Part shown: in pieces, positions 1-58,984 of the stretch
Position numbering within the stretch: the stretch's first letter is position 1
How the letters are laid out: each line of letters begins with the position of its first letter
Assembly: GCA_964188305.1 (NCBI GenBank)
Contig: OZ076900.1
DNA from: Podarcis bocagei
Taxonomy: Eukaryota
Reading direction: 5' to 3' (one strand)
Length of the DNA: 64,000 nt
The notes under the pieces: generated by a model
Database searches by the model: none
What the model was told of the DNA's origin: nothing
The model's input: only the letters and a program-made list of their open reading frames with translations
Program-made: the position numbers and the translations under genes

Positions 1-1826
1 GGTTTAAGTGCAGACTTAAACCAACATAAGTCTTTATGTTAGGTCTCTTTCAAGTCAACCAAACTGCTAGACATTATTTTTAAGCGACACTGTCAGCTAG
101 CATTTGGCTACATCACTAATTTCTGTCAACATATTCCTGAAAAAATGGCCTAATAGAATTATTGACCTTCAAAGATGAGTTTAAATACATCAAGAACTCT
201 TCTGACACAACATTTCACAAGGTGTGACATTTCACAAGGTCATTAGTTAAAAGGATAAAGAATACTGTAGCCTGTAAAGTCATAATGTTGCCTTTATTAA
301 ATCATGCACAATTAAAATTAATAAGGTCAAACATTATTCAGGTCCCCATCACCTCCCCCACTAGAATTATTTAAACTGTATTAAAATATGATACTTCCCC
401 AATAAAACAATCAATTTTAAAGTTTTCAATAAAAATAAGAGCTTGATCAACTCCATGACACAAGCTGTTGTTGGATTCGCAATACAATCCTACACATAGT
501 ATCATGTAATCATGGAAACTACCAAGGGTCATGTAGACCAAACTCCTGCAAAGCAGGAATCACAACTAGACAGTATTCTGAAGAGAAATATTTAATTGGC
601 TTACTGGTCAGTTTCAGGCACCTGAAGGCTCACTGCTATGGACCTCCAGTTGCTACTGGACTCAAGTCTCATCAGCCTAGGCAGCATGGCTGGTAGTTAG
701 AGATAACAGGAGCTAACATGTGAAGCAGTATTGAACAGCAGGTGCAATGAAGCTGTATCTTAGTGTACTTCTAGCAGACCCAGATAATTACTACTTTTAA
801 GCCTCTACTCTTTTTCAGAAACCAAAAAAATACAATAGTCAGAACTATGTCTAAGAATGGAAACCTGCTTTGTGAATATGCATCAAGCTTATTCCATAAG
901 TCTTGTGACTTAGCCAATCTCAATTATTAAGAACTATGCATCAGATAGCAATTATTGAAAGATTGATAAGTTAAACAGAAACCACTTAACAGTCAATTTT
1001 GCCTGCCCTATTGTCACCAACACATTTTGCACATTTAAATCCATTCCTGTTAATTATAAGGTTGGTTTCATTCAATTATATCATATTCTAAATCCAAAGA
1101 GAATAGCTCCAGAAGCACACACACCCTTGGTCATTTGCATTCTTCCAGAAAGGTAAACTGTTCAGTTATCTGCTGAGACAAAGCGGATCTTTCCTCCTTT
1201 CAGAGTCACTCCCACAGTGATAGGTGATTGTGTATATGATGTAATTGCCTTCCTACCAGAAAAAAATAAGTATATACCAGAAAATGAAAGATTTTTTATT
1301 AAAAATAAACTATAAACATACTAAAAAGGTTATCACCCAACATAATAAAATGACCATAGTGTATAAAAAAGATTTGTTTAAAAAGCCCTAAAATATCAAC
1401 CACTAGTCACACTGGATATATGTATACCCCGTCACTGAAGCCATTGCTTTCCAGTATTACGCCTTGTCATTTGGAAGCAAGGTGTACCCATGTGGCATCA
1501 TCCCAGTTGTTCCAGTTTCTTATCCAGAAGCAAGCCCATCTACAACCAGTTTTACAGGGGAAGTGCCATAAATCTTGTCATATCCTAACCTTATGGTTCT
1601 TCCAAAGGTTGCTGTTCACTAGGTGCATCATAAAAGGCTGAGGAAACTAAGTCTGATCTCCATCTGACAATCAGCAATGGCCATGCTACTGCTACCTGCC
1701 TCTTCTCCAATTTTCTCCTGTAATGCCACTCACCAAGTTCTTTAAATAGTTTGGCAGAATCAAAGGAAGTTTGTTCACACATTCAAAGAGTGTTTTATAT
1801 GGAGGAGGGGTCTTAATTACCAACTA

Positions 1827-2068
1827 CAGTGGTACCTCGGGTTACATACACTTCAGGTTACATACGATTCAGGTTACAGACTCCACTAACCCAGAAATAG
1901 TACCTCGGGTTAAGAACTTTGCTTCAGGATGAGAACAGAAATCACGTGGCAGTGATGCGGCGGCAGTGGGAGGCCCCATTAGCTAAAGTGGCGCTTCAGG
2001 TTAAGAACAGTTTCAGGTTAAGAACAGACCTCCGGAACGAATTAAGTACGTAACCAGAGGTACCACTG
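1827..2068. mobile_element. Tc1/mariner (pogo/Tigger-like) MITE, family A, complete
   Basis: TIR CAGTGGTACCTC...GAGGTACCACTG, TA on both sides; related copies at 17086, 30836 and 43325/43651. Confidence 0.85.
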
Positions 2069-5000
2069 TACTACTCTCTTCACCAACAAAAGAAACAGCA
2101 ACCCATTACAGGCAGCGATAATTTAGGCACGTCCAATTGGCACACAGTCACTGACGTGCAGGTACTTGTGGACCCAGAAGAAGGCAAAACAGAGCTAGAT
2201 GGGGTGTGTTTATACACACTCTGCTGATGCACACAGGTCCAGCAACAGAACTCCCATGCAAAATGGTCTCCACCAGTGCTGAAACTAGAAGGTCTTACAG
2301 AAGCAATGCTATATGGTATGGAGACTGCTGTTCAAAACAGACAGAAAACTCCAAACTCCTTCAATGTGTCTAACACAATTCTTCAGAACTTCCCCTTTTT
2401 ATTTTACTTATTTCCTGAGTAATTGGGATTCTCCCCCCCCCTTATGATTTCATACTTGAAACAAAGTTTATCAAATGAGGTAAGTCCCTCCTGCTTCTAC
2501 CACTGCTCATGTCAATTGTTTCTGCTATTGTTTCTAAAAGTGTTCTGTATGTATCTGACTTAAGTGTTTCCATAATTTGCCAATCATAATATTTTACCAT
2601 GAGTTCCACATCAAAATAAACAACTTCTGTGCATGCATACTAGAAAAGGCTTTTCTGGCAAAAAGAAAAAGTGAACATCAGATATCTGCAAAAGTTCAAT
2701 CAGGTTGGGACAAGAGTGCAATGACGAGATGAAGGTAACCCCTGCATATTAATTTAATTTGCAATCACATTTGTAATGAGTTTATAAGTATAAAATGAAA
2801 ATTTGCAAATGAACTAAAGTCCACACTGTGTTCCCACACTTGTAACTGTATTAAAAAGGTGCAAGGATTTTCCACTTTTCACTGAATGGGAAGCCTGAAC
2901 AGGAAAATAAAATTCAGTTTGTTTCACACACACACAAAACCACACACCCCTAGCTGACAGTTAAGCAAGCAAAGATTAAATAAAATCAATAAAAGAATTA
3001 AAAGTGCTTAACTCTATACCTCAGGTTACATAAGCTGTATAGACAAACATATGTTCTCACACACTAGTGAGCTGCTCTCCCCTCCCCTTCACATTATTTT
3101 GTTATTATTCTTGGGTTTTTTAAAGCCCAAAAGTCATTAAAAAAATTACGATGAGGATTCAAATGCTATGATTCTAATTCCCCCATCATTTAGCTGAAAG
3201 GTGACACACAGTTAAAAATAAATTTCACATATTTGCCAGTCAAGACCTTCTTTATAATCTTGCATTCATCTATATTAGTGCAGATTCATAAAGAAAACAG
3301 CAGAAGTTTATGGTCCCCCTTGATAGTGGAAAAAACAGATATTTCCACTTCACTATACAGAACACAAGGAAAATACATCAATGTATTTGTCTGAACTGAG
3401 TTTCACACTTTTCAAGATGCAACATTACAAATAATGGTAGCTATCAATCTTGGCATCACAAAAACGTGCCTTTGGAACAACTAAACCCGTGGCAGCTATA
3501 TCTAGTTTCCAAACTTGCTGACCGCCCTGAGATACAAGTTAAGGCTTCTGGCATCATTTAGTTCCGCTTCTCTATTCACCAAGCTATAAATGTACTTTCA
3601 AATAAGTCAAATAAGTCAGCTGAAGGCAATATAAAATTGTGTCTGCTGAATTTATTTAAGAGGCACATAGTTCTTGTACACATAATCACGTGAATACACA
3701 GGTTTAGGAATGATAATGAAATTTAACACTCAGGTTACCACTCCCAACATGGTATATTATAACAAAATTATTAAGTCTGTAGGTAAGCAACATTTTGTTT
3801 ATAATAACTATTTAAAAATTCTTGTTTTGTGGTAGTTAATGAACAAACATTTGAAAGTCAGTGGGTAATGGTAGATTAGTAACATAGCCAAATTAAAAGT
3901 GGCTAATAAAAAGGTTATAGATGTAGTAAAGGCAGATGTGAACATTCAGGGTAATCCTTCCTGGTTTTCCAGCAATACCATATCACAGCTTGAAATCTGA
4001 CAGACAACATCTGGTGCAATCAAAACTGTGGTAAAAAAAATTTTAGCAGCATTTTTACTGTTGCAGGTTGCTGTTTTTAATATTTCACTGCAATTCCACT
4101 GCTAAAACGCTTTCATCGTGGTCATCACTTTATTAGACCTGTTAGTGCTCAACTTCTTGTCACTTCCTTAACTATTACCAACCATAAATCTCACCCAGCT
4201 GAAATACTTCTTCTGGGTTAACTTTAATTTATGGTTATCATTTAATCCCTCATAATATAGCCAACAAATCAGACCTCAAGGATTTGATGATGTCTCCATT
4301 TACATTTTCAACAGGGATAAGTATAAGACGATTTGGATATAACATAGGAAAAGGGGGAGAGAAGAGAACTAGACAGGAAGAGAAAAAAAACTAAGCCTAA
4401 ATTAGAGTTTGATATATTACTATTGCATTCAGTAGAGATCTCTTAACTGAATTTGACTGGAGAAGCAATGCTGCAACAAACCTGACAACACTTGACAGTT
4501 ATTTGCCTTAGCCATGTAGAGGAAATTCATGTCTAGCATACCCCAGGAGCACAATTACTATGCTGTTATGCAATTTACACAAAAATATGCCTTGTGTCCA
4601 AAGGCTAGAATAAGCAAATTTGAAATCATTGTACTTCATATCTTATGATACTCACTAAAAGCTTATTAAAACCTATTTCTGGTGTCTGTTTATCACCCAG
4701 GAAACCCAATTTGGATCTACATGAGAAGAGACTGAAAGGCCTCTATCAGGAAATATGAAAATAAAGGCTTCACTCCAAGTATTTTAACCGTATTGCAACT
4801 GCAGAATTCTATAATACTCTATTTGAGAATTATACACATAAATTAATCCTCACCTTTACATTCACTCAAACCCCAACATAGCCCTTTCTCCTGCAAAAGA
4901 TTCTATAAAACATTCCTGCCCCATAACCTTGGCTTTTCAAGCTCTACAACCCTTAGCAGTTGGAAAGTCTAGTTGGAATCTGTTTGTCTTGAAAGACAAC

Positions 5001-5185
5001 CAAGTGTGCCTCCAGGAGTTAGGTCAAACTACTGGGTTAGCAGCACCAAAGCAGCTGGTTCCCCCCCCCGGGGGTACTCAAGGGTACCGGCACCTGTTTT
5101 TTGTTGTTCAAAAGTGTGGCACTTACTGTAACAACTTCATGGTGAGTACCAGCATGTATTTTTCTAGTAAAAAACACTGCATCAA

Positions 5186-5507
5186 AAGTGACCTCTCCAG
5201 GGCGCAAGCCTGGGAAATGTGTAAGAAGGTCCTGGGCTGCCCAGACAACAATATCCCCCTCTCAACCTTGTTGATGTGGTCCAAAGGAAAACAGAACAAT
5301 ACATGGAGAACTACTTAGCTAAAGGAGTTGTCCAAAGCACCATCCAGCCATCTTAGGGACGCCACTTTGGATTTCTTTAGGATTTACTCCTTAGCCTTTT
5401 CTTCTCTTGGAGATGACCCACAAGGAAGTGGAGGCTTAAGATCAGTTTTCCTTCTCCCAGGTGGGCTACCTTCTCAGGTTGAGAAGCCCCATCTGCCCCT
5501 CACTTCC
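5186..5507. mobile_element. Interspersed repeat fragment, probably the 5' region of an RTE-clade LINE
   Basis: GC-richer block resembling a common lacertid repeat as I recall it; no diagnostic ORF. Confidence 0.35.
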
Positions 5508-5515
5508 CTCTAAAG

Positions 5516-6829
5516 CAGTGTTTCCCAAACAGGAGTCATATGGCCCCCTGGGGCCCCCCAGGATATTCCAAGGGGGGCACAGGTAAAAAATCACATAAAT
5601 GGGGGGACCATACCACGAGGCTAGGGGGCCACAGGGGGAAGTGAGAAGTGAAGGAAAAAACACTTTTTTGAAATTAAAAAATCCTGATTGGAAGGCTATC
5701 CGCTTGGCCAATCACAAGCGGGTAAGGGGGCAGCCCACCAGGGCCTAGCACTCCTTTTTGCCACATGTATTTTCATGGAGCAGTCCAGGTTTGTTTCCAG
5801 CAGGAGAGGGCGATTTCTAAGGCTCACATTTAGACCAGCAGAGCCCATGATCCAGAACCCTCAGGTCAGTAAGTGTGGTAGTGAGGTGGCAATGGGTAGG
5901 GCTGAGTGAGCCAGAGGTGCTTGCTGCTGCCACCAGTGCTGGGCTGGGTGGCAGCCTGGGCCTGACTCCTCAAGGTACGGGGTACAATCCACCCCAGCGC
6001 CTAGCAGATCAGGCCTTCAGATGTTTCCCAGCCTTTTGGGAACCTTCCCAACCTTGCAAAGCAACCACCCAGCTCTACAAGGAACGGGTTAAAATCCACC
6101 CCAGCACCACTCAAGCAGGGTCATTTGGTGCTGCTGACTTGCATCTAGTAAATAACTAAGTGTCTACTCAGAAGAAAGCCACACTGAGTTCAGTGGGCCT
6201 TACTACCAGGTAAGGGCTATAAGCAGCCAGGGCTCCTCCAGATTACAAGATCGTTTTGGGTCAGGTCAGTGAGGACCACTTGCTTTTTTAAATTATTCCA
6301 TATATCAGAACTTTCTGTGCGCCTTTTGGACTGAACTCCCCTTCCTTGGAGGTTTCTGGACTCTCTTTCCTTGGAGGATTCTAAGTAGAGGTTGGGTGGC
6401 CACCTGTCATGGATGCTTTACCTGAGTTTCCTATGTTGCAGGGGGCTGCACTAGAAAGATGACCCTTGGGGTCCCTTCCAAATCTCTGATTCCATGTTTA
6501 CCTGCTTCAACAATATCTCATTATGTTCCTATCATTTTATGTAACTGTATTTTGTATAAATTATTAAAAATATAAATAAAACATGTTCTGTTTACAAACA
6601 AAACACTTAAATATATACCTTTCTACCATTGGGGGGGCATAAGCATAGCCAGGATTTTTGTTAGGGGGGCAGGCTTTTGTTAGGGGGGGCAGAACCTCAG
6701 GTGTGTATTGATTTGTACTTATTGGAGGGCAGCTTCCCACCCACCCACCTTTGGCTATGCCCATGGGGGGCACAGGAAGGAAATAAGGTCGGAAGGGGGC
6801 CACGGTCAGAAAAAGGTTGGGAAACTCTG
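5516..6829. mobile_element. Non-autonomous hAT (Charlie-like) element, 1,314 bp, with nested repeats
   Basis: TIRs CAGTGTTTCCCAAAC / CAGAGTTTCCCAACC; perfect 8-bp TSD CTCTAAAG at 5508-5515 and 6830-6837. Confidence 0.85.
6638..6765. mobile_element. Small TIR MITE nested inside the hAT element
   Basis: Ends CATAAGCATAGCC...GGCTATGCCCATG (imperfect inverted repeat), inserted in a G-run. Confidence 0.55.
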
Positions 6830-7531
6830 CTCTAAAGCACAAGAAACCACTTTCTTGAACATTGGACCTACTATTGGTCTCAACTGCTGGAGCCTGTCCT
6901 TGCATGAAAGGGAAGTTCCTAACTCACTGAGGATTTGAGACATTAGCTACTCTCACCTGGTTTAGCAGGTTATTTAGGGTTTTAGAGGAGTGGTAGTACC
7001 TCTGGTGGAGCAACATGTTGTGTTCCTTCTGGGGTAGTTTGCATCCCTTTGGTCCCCACCCTGCACTCAGCTCTCACCTGTGGCTCCCAGAAGCTGTCAG
7101 AATGCAACAGCAGCCACAGCCTGGGAATAACTGCCTTTTCTTTCTCTTTGTCCTTTATGCTAGGACTCCCTTCCATAGCACATGTGATTCATGTTTACTT
7201 CAGAATGCTTCCTCAAAACTCTGTTTGATCTTTTGCTTAACCACTCAGTCAATTTAACCTAGATCAACTAAGCCTGACTACATTACTCTGAACTTACACA
7301 TATCCTGTACCTGTTATCCTACCTGCATCTCCTTCATTCTTTCCTGTTATCTTCCCCTTTCAAATGTAGACTGTATGAGTCTTGGAATTATTGCCCAAGG
7401 GTATTTATTTATTTACTGCTTATGTTACTTTTTAAAATACCATGCACACTGGTGGTATAACAATATTAAAAGCAAAAAATTACATATCTATTATTCACAG
7501 ACTATTTAGGGGAAAAGAACGAAGTACCTAC

Positions 7532-52409
<44,878 letters not shown>

Positions 52410-52849
52410 CTTTTTAGGGGAAGAAAAAGAGAGTGTTATAAATCTATCAGAATACAAAGAGTTATTTTACAAACACATATGTCAACTTAAGCAAGACTGG
52501 TGTTTCACCATATCTCCAAGTTTCACTCTTATCAGAAAGTTGTTTTTGTTCCTATTTTTATTATGCATGTTGTGGTTTTTTATATTGTAATTTTATTGTG
52601 TGAACCGCCCTGAGATATACAGATGATGGGCGGTGTACAAATTTAATTAATAATAATGATGATGATCATAGTTCTTGCACATCCAGTGATCTATGGTGGT
52701 CCTATGCAGAAATAATGATTCTTTAACCATAGTTAAGGAATGAGTTGTTGGAATGTACTGTTCATTCCTACAATCCCTTCTCTTCTCATGCCTTCTCAAT
52801 AAACTTTAAACCAGGGTTAGAAGTTACTGTGAAATCCAGTTAACCATAG

Positions 52850-54554
52850 CACTGCACAACACACAAAGTACCTCTGAAATGTAAACACCCAATCTTTACT
52901 AATTTTGAGGTGCTGATCACGAAAATTACAATAACATTTGTTGATTGGCTCCTATTTAGGAGATAGAAAGACTGTCATGTAAAAATGACCCAGTCCGCAT
53001 TAAGTACATAATTTCATTTGGCAATGTTATATTTCTAATTCCAGATTGTGAAATATGGCATCATAATGCATCAGTCCATTATACACACCACTCCCAAGAC
53101 CAAGGGCATACAGCTGAGTAATGCGGTTTAGTCACGACATTGCAACTTTAAGATGGCTGAAATAAGATGTTGAGATTGCTGATAAGAAGTGAAGTCTCAC
53201 AGGGTGAGCAAGTCATTTGTGTGACTTCATGTGTTAATCTTCCATCACTCCTGTGTCATAAGTACTACACAAGTAATCCCTTCACTGTAAATCCAGAAGT
53301 AGTGATGCCTCATAAATGTGTTAACAATTGTTACATTAATAGGAAATGTTTGTAAGCCAGAAAAGGGCCATAACTCCAATAGTGTGGGGAAAAGGTGTTA
53401 TCAGCTTTATTTTGGATGCAATACCAGGGAACAGGACAAGGCCTGGACCCCACACATATGCTGCAGTATGTGTGCAAGAAATCTTCCAAAATGGATGAAA
53501 GGCATAAAAGAGGGGTAATGTCATTTGCTGTTCCCTATGCACAAAAACGACTGCTCCTTCTACATGGTACTACCTGTTTGTGGAGGCATCACAAGGAAAA
53601 AGAAGTGGGCAGTGCCCGAAAACACCATCTGATTCTCACCCATTCCAGTGAGAACACGCTGCCTACCTGAAAGAAAGCTATGACAACCTAAAATAGCTGT
53701 TAGACTGCTTTCAATACAGCAGGTATGGATGACATCTCTGTGATGACTTGAAAGCAGGAAATCTCTGAAGGTTAGAGAGAAGAATGTGGAACACCCAGCA
53801 CTGGCAGAAACACAAAAAATCCACCGTTACACATCAAACTTGGTCTTATGAAAAACTTCATAAAAGCCAAGGACTTAAGACAGGATCAGCTTTCAATCTA
53901 ACAAATTCCGTCAACTCAGTGCAGCAAAAATTAAAGACAGAATTTTTGTGGATCCTCAGATCCATGAGCTCTTTAAAGACCAGATGTTCAACAACCTGCT
54001 TCAAGGTGACGAGAAAAAAGTTTGGGATGCATTTTGTCTTGTGTCAACTAACTTCCTTGGGAATGTCAGGACAGAAAACTACAAGGAACTGGTTGAGGTC
54101 ACATTGTCTCTGTATCACAAATCTGGCTGCAAAATGTCCTTAAAGATACACTTTCTCCAATCCCACTTGGATTTATTCCCCATCAACTGCAATATGGTTA
54201 GTGATAAGCACGGTGAACAGTTTTCATCCGGAAATTGTAACAATGGAGAAATGATACCAGTGAAAGTGGTCCATTTCCATGTTGGCTGACTACTGCTGGA
54301 TATATGCCAGAGACAATCCTAAGCAGCTATGCAAGTAACAAGCAAAGCGGCATGAGATGCAGAAGAAGGCTTTTACCAATACATGTCATATATATGTATT
54401 TCTTGATTATATAATAAACTATTGCAGCTCTCTAAGAAAAAGTAGTCAATTTTGTATTTTCATTGTCATATTCATGCTCAGCACCTAAAAATCTATAGGA
54501 AATGGCTATTTTTATCATAGAGGCATGACTCTTGTCAAATTTTGTTGCGCAGTG
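52850..54554 (+). mobile_element. Chapaev3-like (CMC superfamily) DNA transposon, deleted and decayed transposase
   Basis: TIR CACTGCACAAC / CACTGCGCAAC, flanks TAG/TAA (TWA-type 3-bp TSD, one mismatch); transposase remnants EQDKAWTPHICCSMC, PLHIKLGLMKNFIKA, MSLKIHFLQSHLDLFP.NC.MVSDKHGEQF, MLADYCW. Confidence 0.85.
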
Positions 54555-56609
54555 TAATTCATGCTAACCTGTAAAACAAAATAAAGTTTAATTTGTAATT
54601 CTTTACCGATCAAAACAAATAACAGCTTACACATTTCTTCAATTTCCCTTGTACTCAACAAAAACAAATTAACAAAATTAAACAAAATCAATATCAATAT
54701 CAAAATGACAAGGTTTCCATTTTTAGGCTAATCTTTGGTGCCTTTTTTGTAGTATACCTGCTATGGGACATGTGTTTTGGGCATATGTGGGAGGAAGGAC
54801 AGGCCACAGAAACAAGGAAGTGTATGCTTAAATACACGTCCATAGAAGTCATGGGTATCAACAACCATAGCTGGTTATCACATTTGTTAATACAATCAGC
54901 ATTCTACTTTGTGTTACCATCACAATGCAACAGGGAAGTGGTCTTAGTTCTTGAACAGTGTATACCTTTAAATAATTCCTACCTCAATTCATACAAAAAT
55001 GTGTCAAATTTACATGTGATACTTTTTTTGCTTAAGGGAGGTTTTTGGGGGTTTTTACACTTCTTACCCTCCCCTTTCTATTTTATGGCAACTATAACTT
55101 GGCTGAATATTCACTAAAAATGAATGTCGAATTCAGAACTCAATAAACCCATCTTAAGTTAATCAAGGTGGCATAGTCGCTGATATTAATATCAGCTTGA
55201 TCAGTAACACACATCAATTTTGCTTCAATTTTAAACAGAAATATTTATACTGTGAGCAATATTATAATGAAGCTTTGAATATTTGCTTTCTTTTTAATCC
55301 TGCCATAAAGCATCAACAGTGCAAAGCTAGAATCTGTTCAAGCACTGTTTGTGAATTTAGTGTCTCTTCATTCACCTATTTTTAAGACTTTAGCTGCAAG
55401 TATGGCTTTGTTTTGTTTTAAATTCATGAATAACGGAAATGGATCTCAACATCAGAATGTACTATCTCTTGATACAGTTCATAAAGTAAAGGATAGAGGG
55501 TGAAAGAGCAGATGTGTGTGAGAGAGTAGGGTATATCAATGCAGCAATCAAAAGACTGCTGACTACTAAATTATTATGGCCCCACTCTCACATGCATACA
55601 TCAACTCTTTCCCCTTCTGTTCCTGACACTGAAAGCTGTACCGAAGGGTGAACATCCCAAACATAACAAATGCTTTCCTCTTGAAGAGGAGGATCTGAAA
55701 GGTGAATACATTTAAATAATGATTGTATTTAGAGATTTGAAGTGCCTCTCCCCTAAATACTTCCCATTCTACCACCTTCCAGAACAGTAAATTCAAACTA
55801 CATGTTCAATGCAAACATCTGAATAGCAGTAACAGGCTTATACTGAAATGTAGCTTGTGGTGTCTAAGTATAGGTACTGTGAGTCGTTCCATACTTCTCT
55901 ATAACTGTCTTTTTTATCCCCATTATATGTCTGTATAACAAAATTCCTGTTTCTCTTCACTGCCACTTTGCATTACTGAAGTAATAATTCTAGCATCATC
56001 TTGGAAGGCAGTTTAAGAGTGAAGGTCAATATGAAAGCAGCACAAAGATGGTTTATAAAAAGAAAGATTTGAAGCACACTACAGGAGAAACCCAGAGCTT
56101 CCAGGCTAAAAATGTATAAAGGGGGGGGGGATCAAGAAAGGTTTCCCAGAAATGGAAAGCAGCAGACAAGGTACTAAAAATGCTGCTGCAAGCATTGGTG
56201 AACAAGTTTTTAAACTAATAAAGAGGCACTCCTAGAGTCAGCAGAGAAATGTAAGAGCAAACTAGTCAAAGACTGAAAAAGACAAGGTAATTTTCCATAC
56301 TTATAGATTACAAAAAACCAGAAGCCTCAAAAGGCAGTCACTATATAAGCCATATGGACCTCTCATCTGGAATTGATTAACTTAAATCATATCAAGTTAA
56401 AACCTGCTTTCCAACATACACAAATCTGCAGGAGTGGCTTATCTAATCTAAGAATTTGACCATCATCACATACTGTAGGTGGTAATGCCAAAGCCTTATT
56501 ACAAGACATGGAAAGAATTAGACAGACGATTCTGATTCTGATCTCTATAGGATATTTACACGGAACTTTTCAAAATAGCTGACTATGCATAAGTCAATTC
56601 AGTATCACT

Positions 56610-58065
56610 ATGCCAATAACAAGGCCATTGGAGGTGATGACATTCCAGCTGAACTATTTAAAATTTTAAAAGATGATGCTGTTAAGGCGCTACACTCAAT
56701 ATGCCAGCAAGTTTGGAAAACTCAGCAGTGGCCAGAGGACTGGAGAAGATCAGTGTACATCCCAATCCCAAAGAAGGGCAGTGCCAAAGAATGCTCCAAC
56801 TACTGCACAATTGCGCTCATTTCACACACTATCAAAGTAATGCTTAAAATTCTACAAGGCAGGCTTAAGCAGTATATGGACGGAGAACTCCCAGAAGTGC
56901 AAGCTGGATTTAGAAGAGGCAAAGGAACCAGAGACCAGATTGCAAACATGCGCTGGATTATGGAGAAAGCTAGAGAGTTCCAGAAAAACATCTACTTCTG
57001 CTTCATTGACTACGCAAAAGCCTTTGACTGTGTCAACCACAGCAAACTGTGGCAAGTTCTTAATGAAATGGGAGTGCCTGATCACCTCAGCTATCTCCTG
57101 AGAAATCTCTATATGGCACAAGAAGCTGCAGTTAGAACTGGATATGGAACAACTGTTTGGTTCAAAATTGGGAAAGAAGTACGACAAAGCTGTATATTGT
57201 TTCCCTGCTTATTTCACTTATATGAAGAATTTATCATGTGAATGGCTGGACTGGATGGATCCCAAGCCGGAATTAAGAACGCCGAAAGAAAAATCAACAA
57301 CCTCAGATATGCAGATAACACAACCTTGATGGCAGAAAGTGAGGAGGAATTAAAGAACCTTTTAATGAGGGTGAAAGAGGAGAGCGCAAAATATGGTCTG
57401 AAGCTCAACATCAAAAAAAAACTAAGATCATGGCCACTGGTCCCATCACCTCCTGGCAAATAGAAGGGGAAGAAATGGAGGCAGTGAGAGATTTTACTTT
57501 CTTGGGCTCCATGATCACTGCAGATGGTGACAGCAGTCATGAAATTAAAAGACATCTGCATCTTGGGAGAAAAGCAATGACAAACCTAGACAACATCTTA
57601 AAAAGCATCACCGTGCTGACAAAGGTCCATATAGTTAAAGCTATGTTTTTCCCAGTAGTGATGTATGGAATTGAGAGCTGGACCATAAAGAAGGCTGATC
57701 GCCGAAGAATTGATGCTTTTGAATTAGGATGCTGGAGGAGACTCTTGAGAGTCCCATGGACTGCAAGAAGATCAAACCTATCCATTCTGAAGGAAATCAG
57801 CTCACTGGGAGGACAGATGCTGAAGCTGAGGCTCCAATACTTTGGCCACCTCATGAGAAGAGAAGACTCTGGAAAAGACCCTGATGTTGGGAAAGATTGA
57901 GGGTACAAGGAGAAGGGGATGACAGAGGATGAGATGGTTGGACAGTGTTCTTGAAGCTACCAACATGAGTTTGACCAAACTGCGGGAGGCAGTGGAAGAC
58001 AGGAGTGCCTGGCGTGCTCTGGTCCATGGGGTCATGAAGAGTTGGACATGACTAAACACCAACAA
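56610..58065 (+). mobile_element. BovB (RTE-clade LINE), 5'-truncated, decayed
   Basis: RT motifs (FIDYAKAFD, LRYADNT), stop codon and frameshifts, CAA tail. Confidence 0.92.
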
Positions 58066-58949
58066 TGTTAATCTTATATCACCAAGAACAACTGAACTGT
58101 GGGCCTGGAGCATTTGTTCAGAATATAATACCTTTCGTATGCAAACACAGATCAAATCTATATTTAATCCTCGCTTATTTGAAGCAACAACAGTTCAGAG
58201 GACCAACATAACAGAGAACAAAGACTAGTTTAAAAGCAGAAGCCATGCAAGGAAGAGAAGAAGGAAGCAAAGAAACCCAGTGCTCATACAGGCTTATTCA
58301 CATAAACATTCACTAAATCATTTTAGGGTTATGTCTGAACAGCCACTGTGGCTAATTATTCATATTCTAATTCTCAGCAGTTTGGCACATATTCAGGTAG
58401 AAGAGTGTATCCATGCTTATTTAGGCAAAAATTCTGTTTCCTCCCAAAATAAAGCCTCTATGTCTTTCCAGGGATGAGCAGGTAAGAAGTGTTTAGTGCT
58501 TTCTAATGAGTCAACATCATCATAATTACTTTCCATTTCATTTCAAGTGTTAGACTGCTTCATTTCTTCTCATTAAAGAAAAGCCACTCTGAAAACATTC
58601 ACAGAACTATGCTATAAGAAAATTATTTTTCAATTTGTTTTTAGAAGAATGTACTCTTCTTCTATTTTAAACAGCCATAACCATTGACAAATTAGTGAGA
58701 GTTAATGTGTATATTAGTGAATGTTGCACTTAGCATTTATATAGAGAATGTCAAGCATTTCAAGCACTTCACAGAAATTAGCATTTTCAACAGCCTTGTA
58801 AGGTAGGTCAGCATTCTTATTCTCATACTATACATGGGATGTCTAAGTAGAACCTCTAAGGGAGTTAAGTAAAAACTATGGCAAATGGAAAATTTGATCA
58901 GAGGATCTTATCTGCCTCAGATCTCAAACTTTGAACCACTTTGTGCGCC

Positions 58950-58984
<35 letters not shown>

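Noticed and set aside
210-240. Short direct repeat ACATTTCACAAGGT x2
   Set aside because: Ordinary local slippage duplication with no further structure.
1-7531. Next FH2 exon (KKKVKELRILD...)
   Set aside because: Not found; the region looks intronic.
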